Assembly (NCBI GenBank): GCA_017601225.1
Contig: JAFNIX010000005.1
Span: 55,831 to 119,830, forward strand
Direction: 5' to 3'
DNA length: 64,000 nt
From: Candidatus Brockarchaeota archaeon
Lineage (GTDB): Archaea; Thermoproteota; EX4484-205; JAAOZP01
A model generated the notes under the pieces. It made no database searches, was not told the DNA's origin, and saw nothing but the letters and a program-made list of their open reading frames with translations. Below are positions 19,718 through 28,419 of the stretch, piece after piece. Position numbers and translations under genes: made by a program. Numbering within the stretch: position 1 is the stretch's first letter; each line of letters opens with the position of its first letter.

Positions 19718-20236
19718 TCAAGGCTTGCGGCCACGTGAAACAATTGAAGCGTAATTAGTCGCTGCCCATGAAGAAATAAACGATTCGTCCACCCTTAGCA
19801 GTTGAAAGGCTCCTGTTGCTGGATCGTGCACGATTATCCAATCATTTTCATATCCAACGACTACGACCGTATGAAGGCTAATCCCGATTCTTAGCCTGAT
19901 AATCACAGGATTTTCTTTTTCAATTTCCTCTCTCAATCCTCCTATCGAAAGCGATTCATATGAACAATAAATGTATCTGTCTAAAAAGGGAAGCATGTTC
20001 TCAAACCTATCGAAACCCATCGCATTTATCTCTTTCTGTGAGAAGTTTAAACCATAATATAACAGAACCATGCTGGCTGAGGCTTCAGAGCAAAGGTCGG
20101 GTTCCTGTCTAACGAAAGGAACACTTAACACTTTCCCGCTAGTATAATTTGACCGGGGGATGCTTCTATACCCGGTAGGAATAGAAAGAGCGATGGCGAG
20201 AACTATGACAAGGAGTATTAAGATTATTCCCTTCAA
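19718..20236 (-). CDS. C39-like (papain-fold) peptidase, exported or membrane-anchored
   Basis: N-terminal TM; VPFVRQ..C..AS..MVL, HTVVVVGY, VHDP. Confidence 0.75.
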   Translation of the reverse strand: MKGIILILLVIVLAIALSIPTGYRSIPRSNYTSGKVLSVPFVRQEPDLCSEASASMVLLYYGLNFSQKEINAMGFDRFENMLPFLDRYIYCSYESLSIGGLREEIEKENPVIIRLRIGISLHTVVVVGYENDWIIVHDPATGAFQLLRVDESFISSWAATNYASIVSRGRKP

Positions 20237-20289
20237 CTCGGAATAAGTGTAGAGAGGTCTTTAATAACCTTAAATACTAATCTTGGCTT

Positions 20290-21717
20290 TCATCCGATTA
20301 TTTCTAAGAAACCAAGTATATTGTCTTTTATAGATCTTATGAAGGGGTGCCTTATCTTGCTAGTATCCCCTAGATTCTCCAGTCTATGTATTCTAAAGTA
20401 GAGAGGTGGATGGGGGTCCCAACCCAACCATTCTTGGATAGCATATCCTCGTCTAGCTTCAAGCTGAAGCCTTCGGAAACCTATTTTTTTCAAAGCATTG
20501 GCGAGGGTCTGTGGCTCACCTATTTTAATAGCGGATTCTAAATCCGCCTTAGACTCGAAAAACTTAGCTATGAAGTAGACGGCTCCAAGCGCTATTATAA
20601 GATAGAAGTATCCTAAGAAGTATAGCAGCGGCCAGAAAACGTAAAACCTGAGAAGATACTCCATGGAGGTAAGGAGAAAGAGAAACAATGGGTCCCTCCC
20701 TTTAAGATGGCTGAACTCATGTCCAATAACGCTTAGAACCTCCTTTTCCTCAAGCTGGACAAGCAGCCCTGTAGTCACTAGGATTACCCCATGGCTCGGC
20801 CAAGGCCCAGAGGCTGCAGCATTAGGCAGAGTCGTGTTAGAGACAATGATCTTGGGTATTGGAAGCTTGAATTTCTCCGCAGCCTGTTTTACAATCTCAT
20901 ACAGGTTCACGATCTTCGCTGAGGCCTTTTCAGGATTACACTCCAACCCATACTGGGACAGCACTTCCGTGCATGTCTCATAGTCTATCGGTTTCTTGAG
21001 GGCTAGAGTCTTGCTGTAAATATCTTTCTTAATCTTTGAGAAAATTTCTCCACCATGCTTGTTTAGAAAGGACTTGTATTCTGAAACTGGAATATTATAC
21101 TGGAAAACATGTATCAGAGGGTTTTTCTCCGTGATATGCCAATCCCCCATTTTCCCAATAATCCTGTCTGAGAAAAGAATGAGGATGAACTGCATTAAAA
21201 CGAGGACTATCGGAGCATACGACCCCAAGATTAGGAAGAGAATGATGCTGAGAGAGGTGAATAGGATGAAAAGGAGAAGCATGCTTTCTGAAAACATCCG
21301 GTACACAAAATTCTTACGGGCTTCGAGAATCCTTTCAGGAATTATTTCCTCGCCCTCGACCCAGGTGAAGTAGACGGTTGTTTTCCTACGCTGTTCTTCG
21401 AAAAACCTGACTGCAGCCACCAGGTTGCTTCTCAACCAGTTTACGGCTGATCCTGGAACCTCGCTACTGCTTAAAACCATTCTAACGTTGATTGGTTTTC
21501 CAATACTTATCTGAACGTCGATATACCATTTCTTATCCGGGTCTACAGCAGTAAAGTAGAGGAAACAACCAGTTTCAGAGAAGCTTTTGACAACGTTTGT
21601 AAAATGCTTCAAATTAGGAGCCACATAGTTACGATATATGAAGTCAACCAGATCCATGTAATCTGAGGGAGTTATTTGAGCATCTATTGTGAATACAAGA
21701 GTGTTTTCCTCAGTCAT
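20290..21717 (-). CDS. M48 (HtpX-like) membrane zinc protease with N-terminal extension
   Basis: PNAAASG, VTTGL, GHEFSH, E..AD, HPP..RI. Confidence 0.88.
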   Translation of the reverse strand: MTEENTLVFTIDAQITPSDYMDLVDFIYRNYVAPNLKHFTNVVKSFSETGCFLYFTAVDPDKKWYIDVQISIGKPINVRMVLSSSEVPGSAVNWLRSNLVAAVRFFEEQRRKTTVYFTWVEGEEIIPERILEARKNFVYRMFSESMLLLFILFTSLSIILFLILGSYAPIVLVLMQFILILFSDRIIGKMGDWHITEKNPLIHVFQYNIPVSEYKSFLNKHGGEIFSKIKKDIYSKTLALKKPIDYETCTEVLSQYGLECNPEKASAKIVNLYEIVKQAAEKFKLPIPKIIVSNTTLPNAAASGPWPSHGVILVTTGLLVQLEEKEVLSVIGHEFSHLKGRDPLFLFLLTSMEYLLRFYVFWPLLYFLGYFYLIIALGAVYFIAKFFESKADLESAIKIGEPQTLANALKKIGFRRLQLEARRGYAIQEWLGWDPHPPLYFRIHRLENLGDTSKIRHPFIRSIKDNILGFLEIIG

Positions 21718-21841
21718 GATTGGTTTTCCACATCCGTGTCCACAGGAGAAGACCCTTAAAATATAAATGTTTTCAAAGCGCTTTCAAGTTAATATCTGAG
21801 AGAAAGTTTTATTTTACCCTATTCGATAGTAACGCATAGTC

Positions 21842-22576
21842 TTGAGGGTGATAGTCCCTGCTGGAGGCTTTGCAAAGCGTCTTCAACATCTTGGAGTACA
21901 CATGGCGAAGCCGCTTGTTAAGGTTTGCGACAAGCCGATAATAGACTACACCATGGAGAAAATAAGCGTGTTAAATCCGAGCGAAATCATTATCACCGTG
22001 AATAGGAAGTTTGAAAAGGATTTCAGAGAATGGCTTGGATCCAGGGGGTATGTTAACACGAGGCTGCATGTTGAGGGAAGTACACGGGAGGAGGAGAAGC
22101 CTGGAACAATCTTGTCGCTAGCGATGCTGGTTGACAAGATCGAGCAGGATGAATACCTAGTCGTAGCGGGCGATAACCTTTTCTCGCTTGATTTAAAGGA
22201 GTTCCTAGGCTTCTATCATAGCAAGAATGCACCTGTTGTGGCACTGTACGATGTTGAAAATATTGAGCTTGTTAAAATGTATTCATGCGTAAAGCTTGCT
22301 GAAGACGGTAGAATAGTGGATTTCGTAGAGAAGCCTGTAAACCCTGCTTCAACCATGATAGCCACTGCTATCTACATGTTTCCATGGGAGTCTCTCGTAA
22401 AAATCAAGAGATATGTTGAAGAGGGCGGGCACAGGGATAGTCCTGGGTACTTCGTGTCTTGGCTATGCAGGAACGAGCCTGTATACGGTTACGTTTTCCA
22501 TGGATACTGGTTCGACATCGGAACCCCCCAGACGTATGAGGAAGCCTGCAGATTTATGGAGGACCTTAAAAAGTAG
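21842..22576 (+). CDS. Sugar-phosphate nucleotidyltransferase
   Basis: PAGGFAKRL, KPLV, AGDN, FVEKP, WFDIGT. Confidence 0.88.
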   Translation: MRVIVPAGGFAKRLQHLGVHMAKPLVKVCDKPIIDYTMEKISVLNPSEIIITVNRKFEKDFREWLGSRGYVNTRLHVEGSTREEEKPGTILSLAMLVDKIEQDEYLVVAGDNLFSLDLKEFLGFYHSKNAPVVALYDVENIELVKMYSCVKLAEDGRIVDFVEKPVNPASTMIATAIYMFPWESLVKIKRYVEEGGHRDSPGYFVSWLCRNEPVYGYVFHGYWFDIGTPQTYEEACRFMEDLKK

Positions 22577-22771
22577 CTTAAGTATTTTTTAATTTTACCG
22601 TCTCAGAGTCTGTTAAAAAGTGAGACATGCGTTATAGGCTTGCAGAAAAACCCACGCGGTAATGTTCTTAGGTCGGTCGCAGCTGGTGAAGATAAGCCAT
22701 TTAAAGCGCTTGCCGTAATCCCAGAGTCGAGCTTAAAACTTTAAGAAATCTACACTGGAGTATTTGTAGGA

Positions 22772-23917
22772 ATGGCCTCCAGATACGAGGAGCTGGGCGT
22801 TGATGTGAGCAAGAAAGGAGTGGAGTTTTTAAAGAGGATAACGGACGACGTTTTCCCCGAAGCCTTCTCCCCTGTGGTTAAGGATCCTTCAAACCCCGGC
22901 TGGGGGATAATTCTTCACACTGATGGCGCTGGAACCAAGCCGGTTGTCTCCTACCTCTACTATAAGGAGACTGGTGAGGCGAAGTTCTTTGAAACCTTGG
23001 CTGATGACGTTGTCGCTATGAATGTTGACGACGCTGCGTGTGTAGGGGGTATTCCGGCAGCCTTCTCAGACTACGTTGCTGTAAACCCTTTTAAAGTCCC
23101 TAAGCAGGAGCTCCTTAAAAGCCTGGCTAAAGGTTTCTCCAGAGTTTTTTCAAGGCTTAGAGAAAGTAGGATTGAAGTTTTTTTCAGTGGCGGTGAGACA
23201 GCTGACCTACCCGACATCGTCAGGACGTTCGACGTTTCAGGAACAGTAATGGCTAGGGTCAAGCTCTCTAAAGTGATAACCGGCGGGAAAATCTCGCCTG
23301 GGGATATTATAGTAGGGTTGAGGAGCGGGGGGAAGTCGACATTTGAAGAGAAGGAGAATAGTGGAATAATGTGCAACGGGATAACGCTTGCGAGGCACTG
23401 CCTGTTAGCGAAAGAATACTTGGATAAGTATCCTGAGATAGGCTCAGAAGCCAAAGGGTATTCCGGCCGCTTCAAAATAGATTCGTTCGTCGACGAGCTT
23501 GACATGACGATTGGGGAGGCTCTGCTTTCACCAACTAGAATTTATCTTCCAATAATACTCGAAGTCCTGAAAAACGTTGAGGTGAAGGCAATAATCCATA
23601 ATACTGGAGGAGGTTTAACGAAATGCCTGAAAATAGGCAGTAACATAAAGTACGTTAAGGATAATCTTCCTGAACCGGATCCAATATTTAGGCTTATACG
23701 TGCTGAAAGCCGAGAGGCTCCGGTAAATATGTATCGAAGCTTTAACATGGGAATAGGTTTAGAGATAATTGTTGAGAAAGGTTTTGAAGATACCGTTGCG
23801 GATATATCTGAAAAGTTCAACGTCGGTGCCAAGGCAATCGGTAGGTGTGAGAAATCTTCTGAGGGAAACTCGCTAATAATTATTTCAAAAGATGGTAAAT
23901 TTGAGTATCGCGTCTAA
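22772..23917 (+). CDS. purM: Phosphoribosylformylglycinamidine cyclo-ligase (AIR synthase)
   Basis: Y..LGVD, TDGAGTK, AMNVDD, GGETA, LLSPTRIY, FNMGIG; near the pur cluster. Confidence 0.85.
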   Translation: MASRYEELGVDVSKKGVEFLKRITDDVFPEAFSPVVKDPSNPGWGIILHTDGAGTKPVVSYLYYKETGEAKFFETLADDVVAMNVDDAACVGGIPAAFSDYVAVNPFKVPKQELLKSLAKGFSRVFSRLRESRIEVFFSGGETADLPDIVRTFDVSGTVMARVKLSKVITGGKISPGDIIVGLRSGGKSTFEEKENSGIMCNGITLARHCLLAKEYLDKYPEIGSEAKGYSGRFKIDSFVDELDMTIGEALLSPTRIYLPIILEVLKNVEVKAIIHNTGGGLTKCLKIGSNIKYVKDNLPEPDPIFRLIRAESREAPVNMYRSFNMGIGLEIIVEKGFEDTVADISEKFNVGAKAIGRCEKSSEGNSLIIISKDGKFEYRV

Positions 23918-23978
23918 GCGTTAATTAAAAGAGTTACTAATCGGGTTTGATGAAAAACGCGGGAGAGAAGGACTCCTG

Positions 23979-24212
23979 TTAATCTGGGGAGAAAGATATC
24001 AGGGTCTCCGTGTGCTCCACGTGCTCAAGCTTCTCCAGAACCTCATATATGGTTTTTCTGAGTTCCTCCAGGCTCTTAGATTCTATAACCAGTACTGCAT
24101 CATACCTTCCTAGGACAGAATTAGCCAGTTTAACACCCTTGATCCTTCTTGCCCTTACGACTTCTTCAGAAGTACCGGGCTTTGTTCTAACTAGGATGAA
24201 GGCCCTGATCAT
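23979..24212 (-). CDS. Stand-alone Lrp/AsnC ligand-binding (RAM) domain protein
   Basis: AFILVRTKPG, GRYD, V.HTETLI; 77 aa, no HTH. Confidence 0.85.
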   Translation of the reverse strand: MIRAFILVRTKPGTSEEVVRARRIKGVKLANSVLGRYDAVLVIESKSLEELRKTIYEVLEKLEHVEHTETLISFSPD

Positions 24213-24218
24213 TTCAAG

Positions 24219-24452
24219 TCACTGCAGAACTATTGAGGTTTCCGTTCTAACTATATTCGGAATCTTCTCAATAACCTCGTAAAGCAACCTAGTTAATTCC
24301 TCAGGACTCTCGGCTTCCACGGACACCACCACGTCGAACCTACCGTAGATAGGGTCAGCCGAATGAACACCCCTAATCTTCTTAATTTCGTTTGAAACCT
24401 CTATGGATGTTCCGGGCTTCGTCACTATGAACACGTATGCTTTAACAACCAT
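24219..24452 (-). CDS. Stand-alone Lrp/AsnC ligand-binding (RAM) domain protein
   Basis: AYVFIVTKPG, YGRFD, IVRTETSIV; 77 aa paralog of its neighbour. Confidence 0.85.
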   Translation of the reverse strand: MVVKAYVFIVTKPGTSIEVSNEIKKIRGVHSADPIYGRFDVVVSVEAESPEELTRLLYEVIEKIPNIVRTETSIVLQ

Positions 24453-24545
24453 AGTTATACATTCTCAAAGGAAGTATTTAATCGTTTTCCTCCCAGTATA
24501 AATAATTAGGAATAAAAGCATCGGGTTCGCGAGGAAAGATTTTTC

Positions 24546-24775
24546 TTACTCCACCCTAACAGCAGTCCCACGGCGGTTATTACTATGAAGCCTCTAGGAT
24601 TTCAGACGTTTCAAATCTATGCCAACTACCCGTTTTGCACCCATTGAGGCTGCTTTCATCATCAGGTTCTCAAGGGCTTCGCTCCTTGCCTTCCTCGATT
24701 TCTGAGAGTTATGCTTCCAGCTTACCCCCAACTAGCTCTATATCCCGACTACAAATCTTCCGAACCAGTGCACGC
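24546..24775 (-). pseudogene. YbjQ/UPF0145-family pseudogene
   Basis: Manual translation across several frameshifts and stops: KARSEALENLMMKAASMGA..VVGID/ETSEILE/FIVITA/GTAVRVE*; not in the ORF track. Confidence 0.7.
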
Positions 24776-25004
24776 TAAGAGAGTTAACAGTCTATACTGG
24801 GGTATAATTTTAATCCATGTCTTATTACCATCAACACTGCTTGTCCTCTCGTACTTCTTCATGGTAAAGGTGTTACAGCTTATTGAGCCCTCGAACCCCC
24901 GATATGCTGGAATAGTATTGTTGATGTTCGGCTTAGGTATCTCCATTCTAACCGTCTTGCGGGGTCCCTCTCCCTATGTCATCGCTATCAGGTGGTATTC
25001 CTAA
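24711..25004 (+). pseudogene. Probable membrane-protein fragment
   Basis: Two hydrophobic segments in the C-terminal part; N-terminus overlaps the antisense ybjQ relic. Confidence 0.3.
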
Positions 25005-25049
25005 AAACTCCACTTCTCCCTTGTTTTTACCCCAGTTTGACCCCCTACA

Positions 25050-25442
25050 GAACTCGCCAGCTTTTTTTAAACGATGTCGTTTTCGCATACATCTTCGGCA
25101 GCAGATCTAGAAACCCAGTTAGGGAGTACAGTGATTACGATATCGCTGTGTTTTTTAGAAACAATAATGTTAGCCTGTTGGACGAAATAACTCTTGGAGC
25201 TAGATATCGCTGAAACCCTCAGAATTCCGGCGGATAAGGTTGACATTGTGGCGTTGAATAAGGCGGATACGATCTTAATAGCGAGGGTTTTCAAAGAGGG
25301 TGGAGTGATTTACTCGGATGACAAGGATTTAAGGAGGAAATGGGAGAGGGAAACGTATTTGAAGATACTTGAGGAAACCAGCTTGACAAACGTTTACGTG
25401 AACAGAGTGCTTAAGAAGAGGCTTGGAACGGACGGATGCTAA
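25050..25442 (+). pseudogene. Minimal nucleotidyltransferase (MNT, HEPN-MNT antitoxin type), frameshifted
   Basis: AYIFGS..SDYDIAV in one frame joins KVDIVALN..EG..IY in another at about 25195; 5' end damaged. Confidence 0.8.
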
Positions 25443-25467
25443 AATTTTGAACGGAAGAAATTATAGT
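25441..25467 (+). repeat. Imperfect direct repeat, copy A
   Basis: aaaattt-tgaacggaagaaattatagt; 24 of 28 aligned columns identical to copy B. Confidence 0.6.
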
Positions 25468-25604
25468 GTATGCTTAGGAGCGGATTGTCGAACTCGACAT
25501 GGCAGAATCTGGCGTGATTGCTGGCAGTTGATGACTTGAATGAGTGTGCCTCGAGCGAATCAAAACCTAAAAGCTTAAATAGGTAGTAAAAAGTATTACT
25601 TGGT

Positions 25605-25874
25605 ATGACCAATATTAAGATAAGCATAAGCATTCCAGAAGCTGTTCTGAAGAGGGTAGACGCTCTTTGTAAGCAGTTGAACATGGCTAGAAGCGAGGCC
25701 ATAGCTAGAATATTGGAGGAAAAGCTGGGAGCAGAAGTTGAAGCCAAAGACCATAGGTATCCAACGGTTTTATGGAAGCTGAGCTCAACCGGCTACCTCA
25801 GGCTCAGATCCCCGCGTATACGTGGCAGGTCGATTAAGGGGAAGTGGGTTGTCGAGGAGGTTGAAGAAAAGTGA
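25605..25874 (+). CDS. CopG/ribbon-helix-helix protein
   Basis: KISISIPEAVLKRVD....NMARSEAIARILEE. Confidence 0.8.
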   Translation: MTNIKISISIPEAVLKRVDALCKQLNMARSEAIARILEEKLGAEVEAKDHRYPTVLWKLSSTGYLRLRSPRIRGRSIKGKWVVEEVEEK

Positions 25875-26305
25875 AGATTAGCTACCACTATGCAGAGGAC
25901 GGGTATACGGATCACGGGGAAAAAATACCAGATATCCCGGTCGTTCACCTCGTTATTAGGGCCGGTAAATATCGGGCGCATGGGGCGGCTATAATCGACA
26001 CTGGCTTTGACGGCGGGATATATCCCAACATGGAGATAGTGAGAATGTTCGAAGGAGTTGAGCCGACCGCAAAAACTATCTTTGAAAATCCTCTGTACGG
26101 CGCCTCGGAGTTTGAGATATACATGGGGGAGGCTTCTCTATACTATGGCGGGAAACAGATAGGTCTCGGCAGGGTCAGGGTTTACATCCCTACCGAGCCC
26201 GAACTCTTGACGGGCGAAGTACTCGTAGGCAGGGAGGTTTTAAACAATAAAATAATGTCACTGGCAATGAATATGCGTAAAAAACGAGTCCTTCTAGAGC
26301 TTTAG
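25871..26305 (+). CDS. Retropepsin-like (clan AA) aspartyl protease
   Basis: AIIDTGFDG and LVGREVLN; GTGA overlap with the RHH gene. Confidence 0.78.
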   Translation: MKISYHYAEDGYTDHGEKIPDIPVVHLVIRAGKYRAHGAAIIDTGFDGGIYPNMEIVRMFEGVEPTAKTIFENPLYGASEFEIYMGEASLYYGGKQIGLGRVRVYIPTEPELLTGEVLVGREVLNNKIMSLAMNMRKKRVLLEL

Positions 26306-26335
26306 CATGTACCTACATTGAATGAATGCCTTCAA

Positions 26336-26367
26336 AAAATTTCTGAACGGAAGAATTTGTAATCTGG
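26336..26367 (+). repeat. Imperfect direct repeat, copy B
   Basis: aaaatttctgaacggaagaatttgtaatctgg. Confidence 0.6.
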
Positions 26368-26691
26368 AGAATAATTACCGTAATTCCATTAATCGTTCTC
26401 TGGTTCATAATACTCGACGAGAAGATGTTCACAAGCCTGATTAAGAATCAGGGCTTCGGGGCTGCACTGGTTATTGCGGCTAGCGCCGCTTCAATATCAT
26501 GGACCTATGAAGTATTGAAAAAGCTTTACAGAGTTCTTCAGATCAAGCTATTACCGGGCAGGCTTATAATAAGCATAGGGTTCTTCACATTACTGCTGAC
26601 GGCGAAAGCAATATACTCGTGGCAAACTCAAAACTGAAGACTCTTCGTAGGAGGCGTTTTTCTCACAATATTCTACTTCCTATTTCTCTGA
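26347..26691 (+). pseudogene. Membrane-protein relic
   Basis: Hydrophobic frame open from about 26347 through ORF 26425-26637, continuing hydrophobic past the in-frame TGA. Confidence 0.35.
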
Positions 26692-26718
26692 AGCTGGTTA
26701 GCGCGCGCTACACATGTT

Positions 26719-26747
26719 AATTTTTGCTTAAAGAATTTGGAAGCTGG
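26719..26747 (+). repeat. More degenerate repeat, copy C
   Basis: aatttttgcttaaagaatttggaagctgg; 22 of 30 columns match copy B. Confidence 0.35.
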
Positions 26748-26934
26748 CTTTCAGGTCAATTAGGCTTCGGTTTTTCCCCAGCATGACCGTAAACCAGTCT
26801 TCAGAGGAGCAGGGAACAGAATATTGCGAAAACCGTGCTCTACCTACTTGAAGTCTTTAAACATAAACTTGGTAATTTAACTCGTTCATGTCAGCGAATT
26901 TTTAAATACCCGCCGGAAATGTTTTTAGCTGTAA

Positions 26935-28419
26935 ATGCTTGCCGAGAGCTGTGGCGTGTTTGGGGCGAAGTGTTTAGACGGAAGGTGTGTTTTCGACCTT
27001 TTATACTGGGGGCTTGTGGCGCAGAACCATCGGGGTCATGAGTCATATGGTTTTTTAACTTGTGCGGAGGGTTTCAGGCGTCACGTGAACGTTGGGCTTG
27101 TCCCACAGATTTTTGGTGAAAGGTATTCCAGGTGGCGCAACTTTCTTCAGGGTTCTACCGGTATTGCTCACGTCAGGTATGGCACCTCGGGGGATAGGGG
27201 TTCCTCTTCTCGCCTGAATGATGCTCAGCCGTTGATCTCTTCACACGGGAGGGAGAAGATCGGTTTCGCTTTCAACGGTAATATTGTTAACGTTAACGAG
27301 CTTAGGAGTCGTCTGAAGGCTTCCGAGGGTTTTGAAGCGGGCTGTGACGCGGCTGTTTTGTCGAAAATACTTGTCACGAGTATTGATGGCGGCTTGACCA
27401 GTGGTGTTGAACGTTGCATGAGGGATGTTGAAGGAGCCTTCTCTGTCGTGGGCCTGAGGCCTAACGGGGAGCTTTTCGCCTTCAGGGATCCGTTGGGTAT
27501 TAGGCCTCTCAGCATCGGGGTTAGCGAGGATGGTGCGGTTAATGCTTTCTCCTCCGAGACTGTTGGGCTTGACATTAACGGGCTTAGGTTTATGGATGAT
27601 GTTAAGCCTGGTGAGATTGTTGTCTTCAGCAGGGATGGTGTTGAAAGGGAAAGGCTTGTGAAGAAGGATAGGTCTGCTTTCTGCGCTTTCGAATACGCTT
27701 ACTTCGCTAGGCCTGATTCCCTGCTCAACGGAAAGTATGTGTTCAGCGTGCGGGAGGAGTTTGGCAGAAACCTTGGGAGGAGGTTTAGGGATGTTGTTGA
27801 GAAATCGGATGTGATTCTTTCAATGCCTGAGACTGCTGAGGACGCTGCGTACGGTCTGCATGAGGAGACAGGCTTGAAATGGGAGAGGATACTGAGGAGG
27901 CACAGGTATGTTACCCAGAGGGCTTTCATTCTTGAGCCCAGTGAAAGGGTTTCAACCATCGATAAAAAGGTGAACATTATGAACGGGAGGCTTAAGGGTA
28001 AAAAGGTTATTGTTGTCGACGACAGTATTGTCAGGGGTGATACAACTAGGACTGTGGTCAGGAAGCTTAGGAGGGCTGGCGCCGAAAAAGTCTATCTATT
28101 CATTACTTTCCCACGGATAACTCACCCGTGTTTCTACGGTGTTGACATGGCTACTTTCACAGAGCTCATCGGCTTCAGGTTTGACGAGGAGGGTGTTGCG
28201 AAGCATGTTGGCGCCGACGGGGTTTTCTACCAGCCTCTGGAAGACTACGTCAGGGCCACGGGAATGAGGTTCAACGAGCTTTGCCTAGCCTGCGTCACGG
28301 GCGAGTATCCGACTGAGCTTGCTCAGAAGATGGCTGACGCGGCCAAGGCTTCGACAGACATGGACGAGAGGAGGATCTATGAGAGGGCTGAGCTCACGAG
28401 GCTGGGGGGATCCACATGA
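26935..28419 (+). CDS. purF: Amidophosphoribosyltransferase (catalytic Cys present)
   Basis: Propeptide MLAES-CG, HVRY, FNGNIVN, CAFEYAYF, VDDSIVRG, PCFYG, CLAC. Confidence 0.93.
   Translation: MLAESCGVFGAKCLDGRCVFDLLYWGLVAQNHRGHESYGFLTCAEGFRRHVNVGLVPQIFGERYSRWRNFLQGSTGIAHVRYGTSGDRGSSSRLNDAQPLISSHGREKIGFAFNGNIVNVNELRSRLKASEGFEAGCDAAVLSKILVTSIDGGLTSGVERCMRDVEGAFSVVGLRPNGELFAFRDPLGIRPLSIGVSEDGAVNAFSSETVGLDINGLRFMDDVKPGEIVVFSRDGVERERLVKKDRSAFCAFEYAYFARPDSLLNGKYVFSVREEFGRNLGRRFRDVVEKSDVILSMPETAEDAAYGLHEETGLKWERILRRHRYVTQRAFILEPSERVSTIDKKVNIMNGRLKGKKVIVVDDSIVRGDTTRTVVRKLRRAGAEKVYLFITFPRITHPCFYGVDMATFTELIGFRFDEEGVAKHVGADGVFYQPLEDYVRATGMRFNELCLACVTGEYPTELAQKMADAAKASTDMDERRIYERAELTRLGGST

Noticed and set aside
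22670..22735. ggtcgcagctggtgaa upstream of purM resembles the 5' end of a ZTP riboswitch
   Set aside because: The P2 helix, the pairing strand and the 3' GCC..CGCCUGGGC element are missing, and it lies upstream of the likely TATA box
26696..26708. 13-mer tggttagcgcgcg shared with the minus strand near 1261-1273
   Set aside because: Dozens of 13-mer matches are expected by chance in 64 kb and the match does not extend
25441..26747. CRISPR array
   Set aside because: Only three degenerate copies, spaced about 900 and 380 bp apart, with no cas genes; kept only as an unexplained repeat
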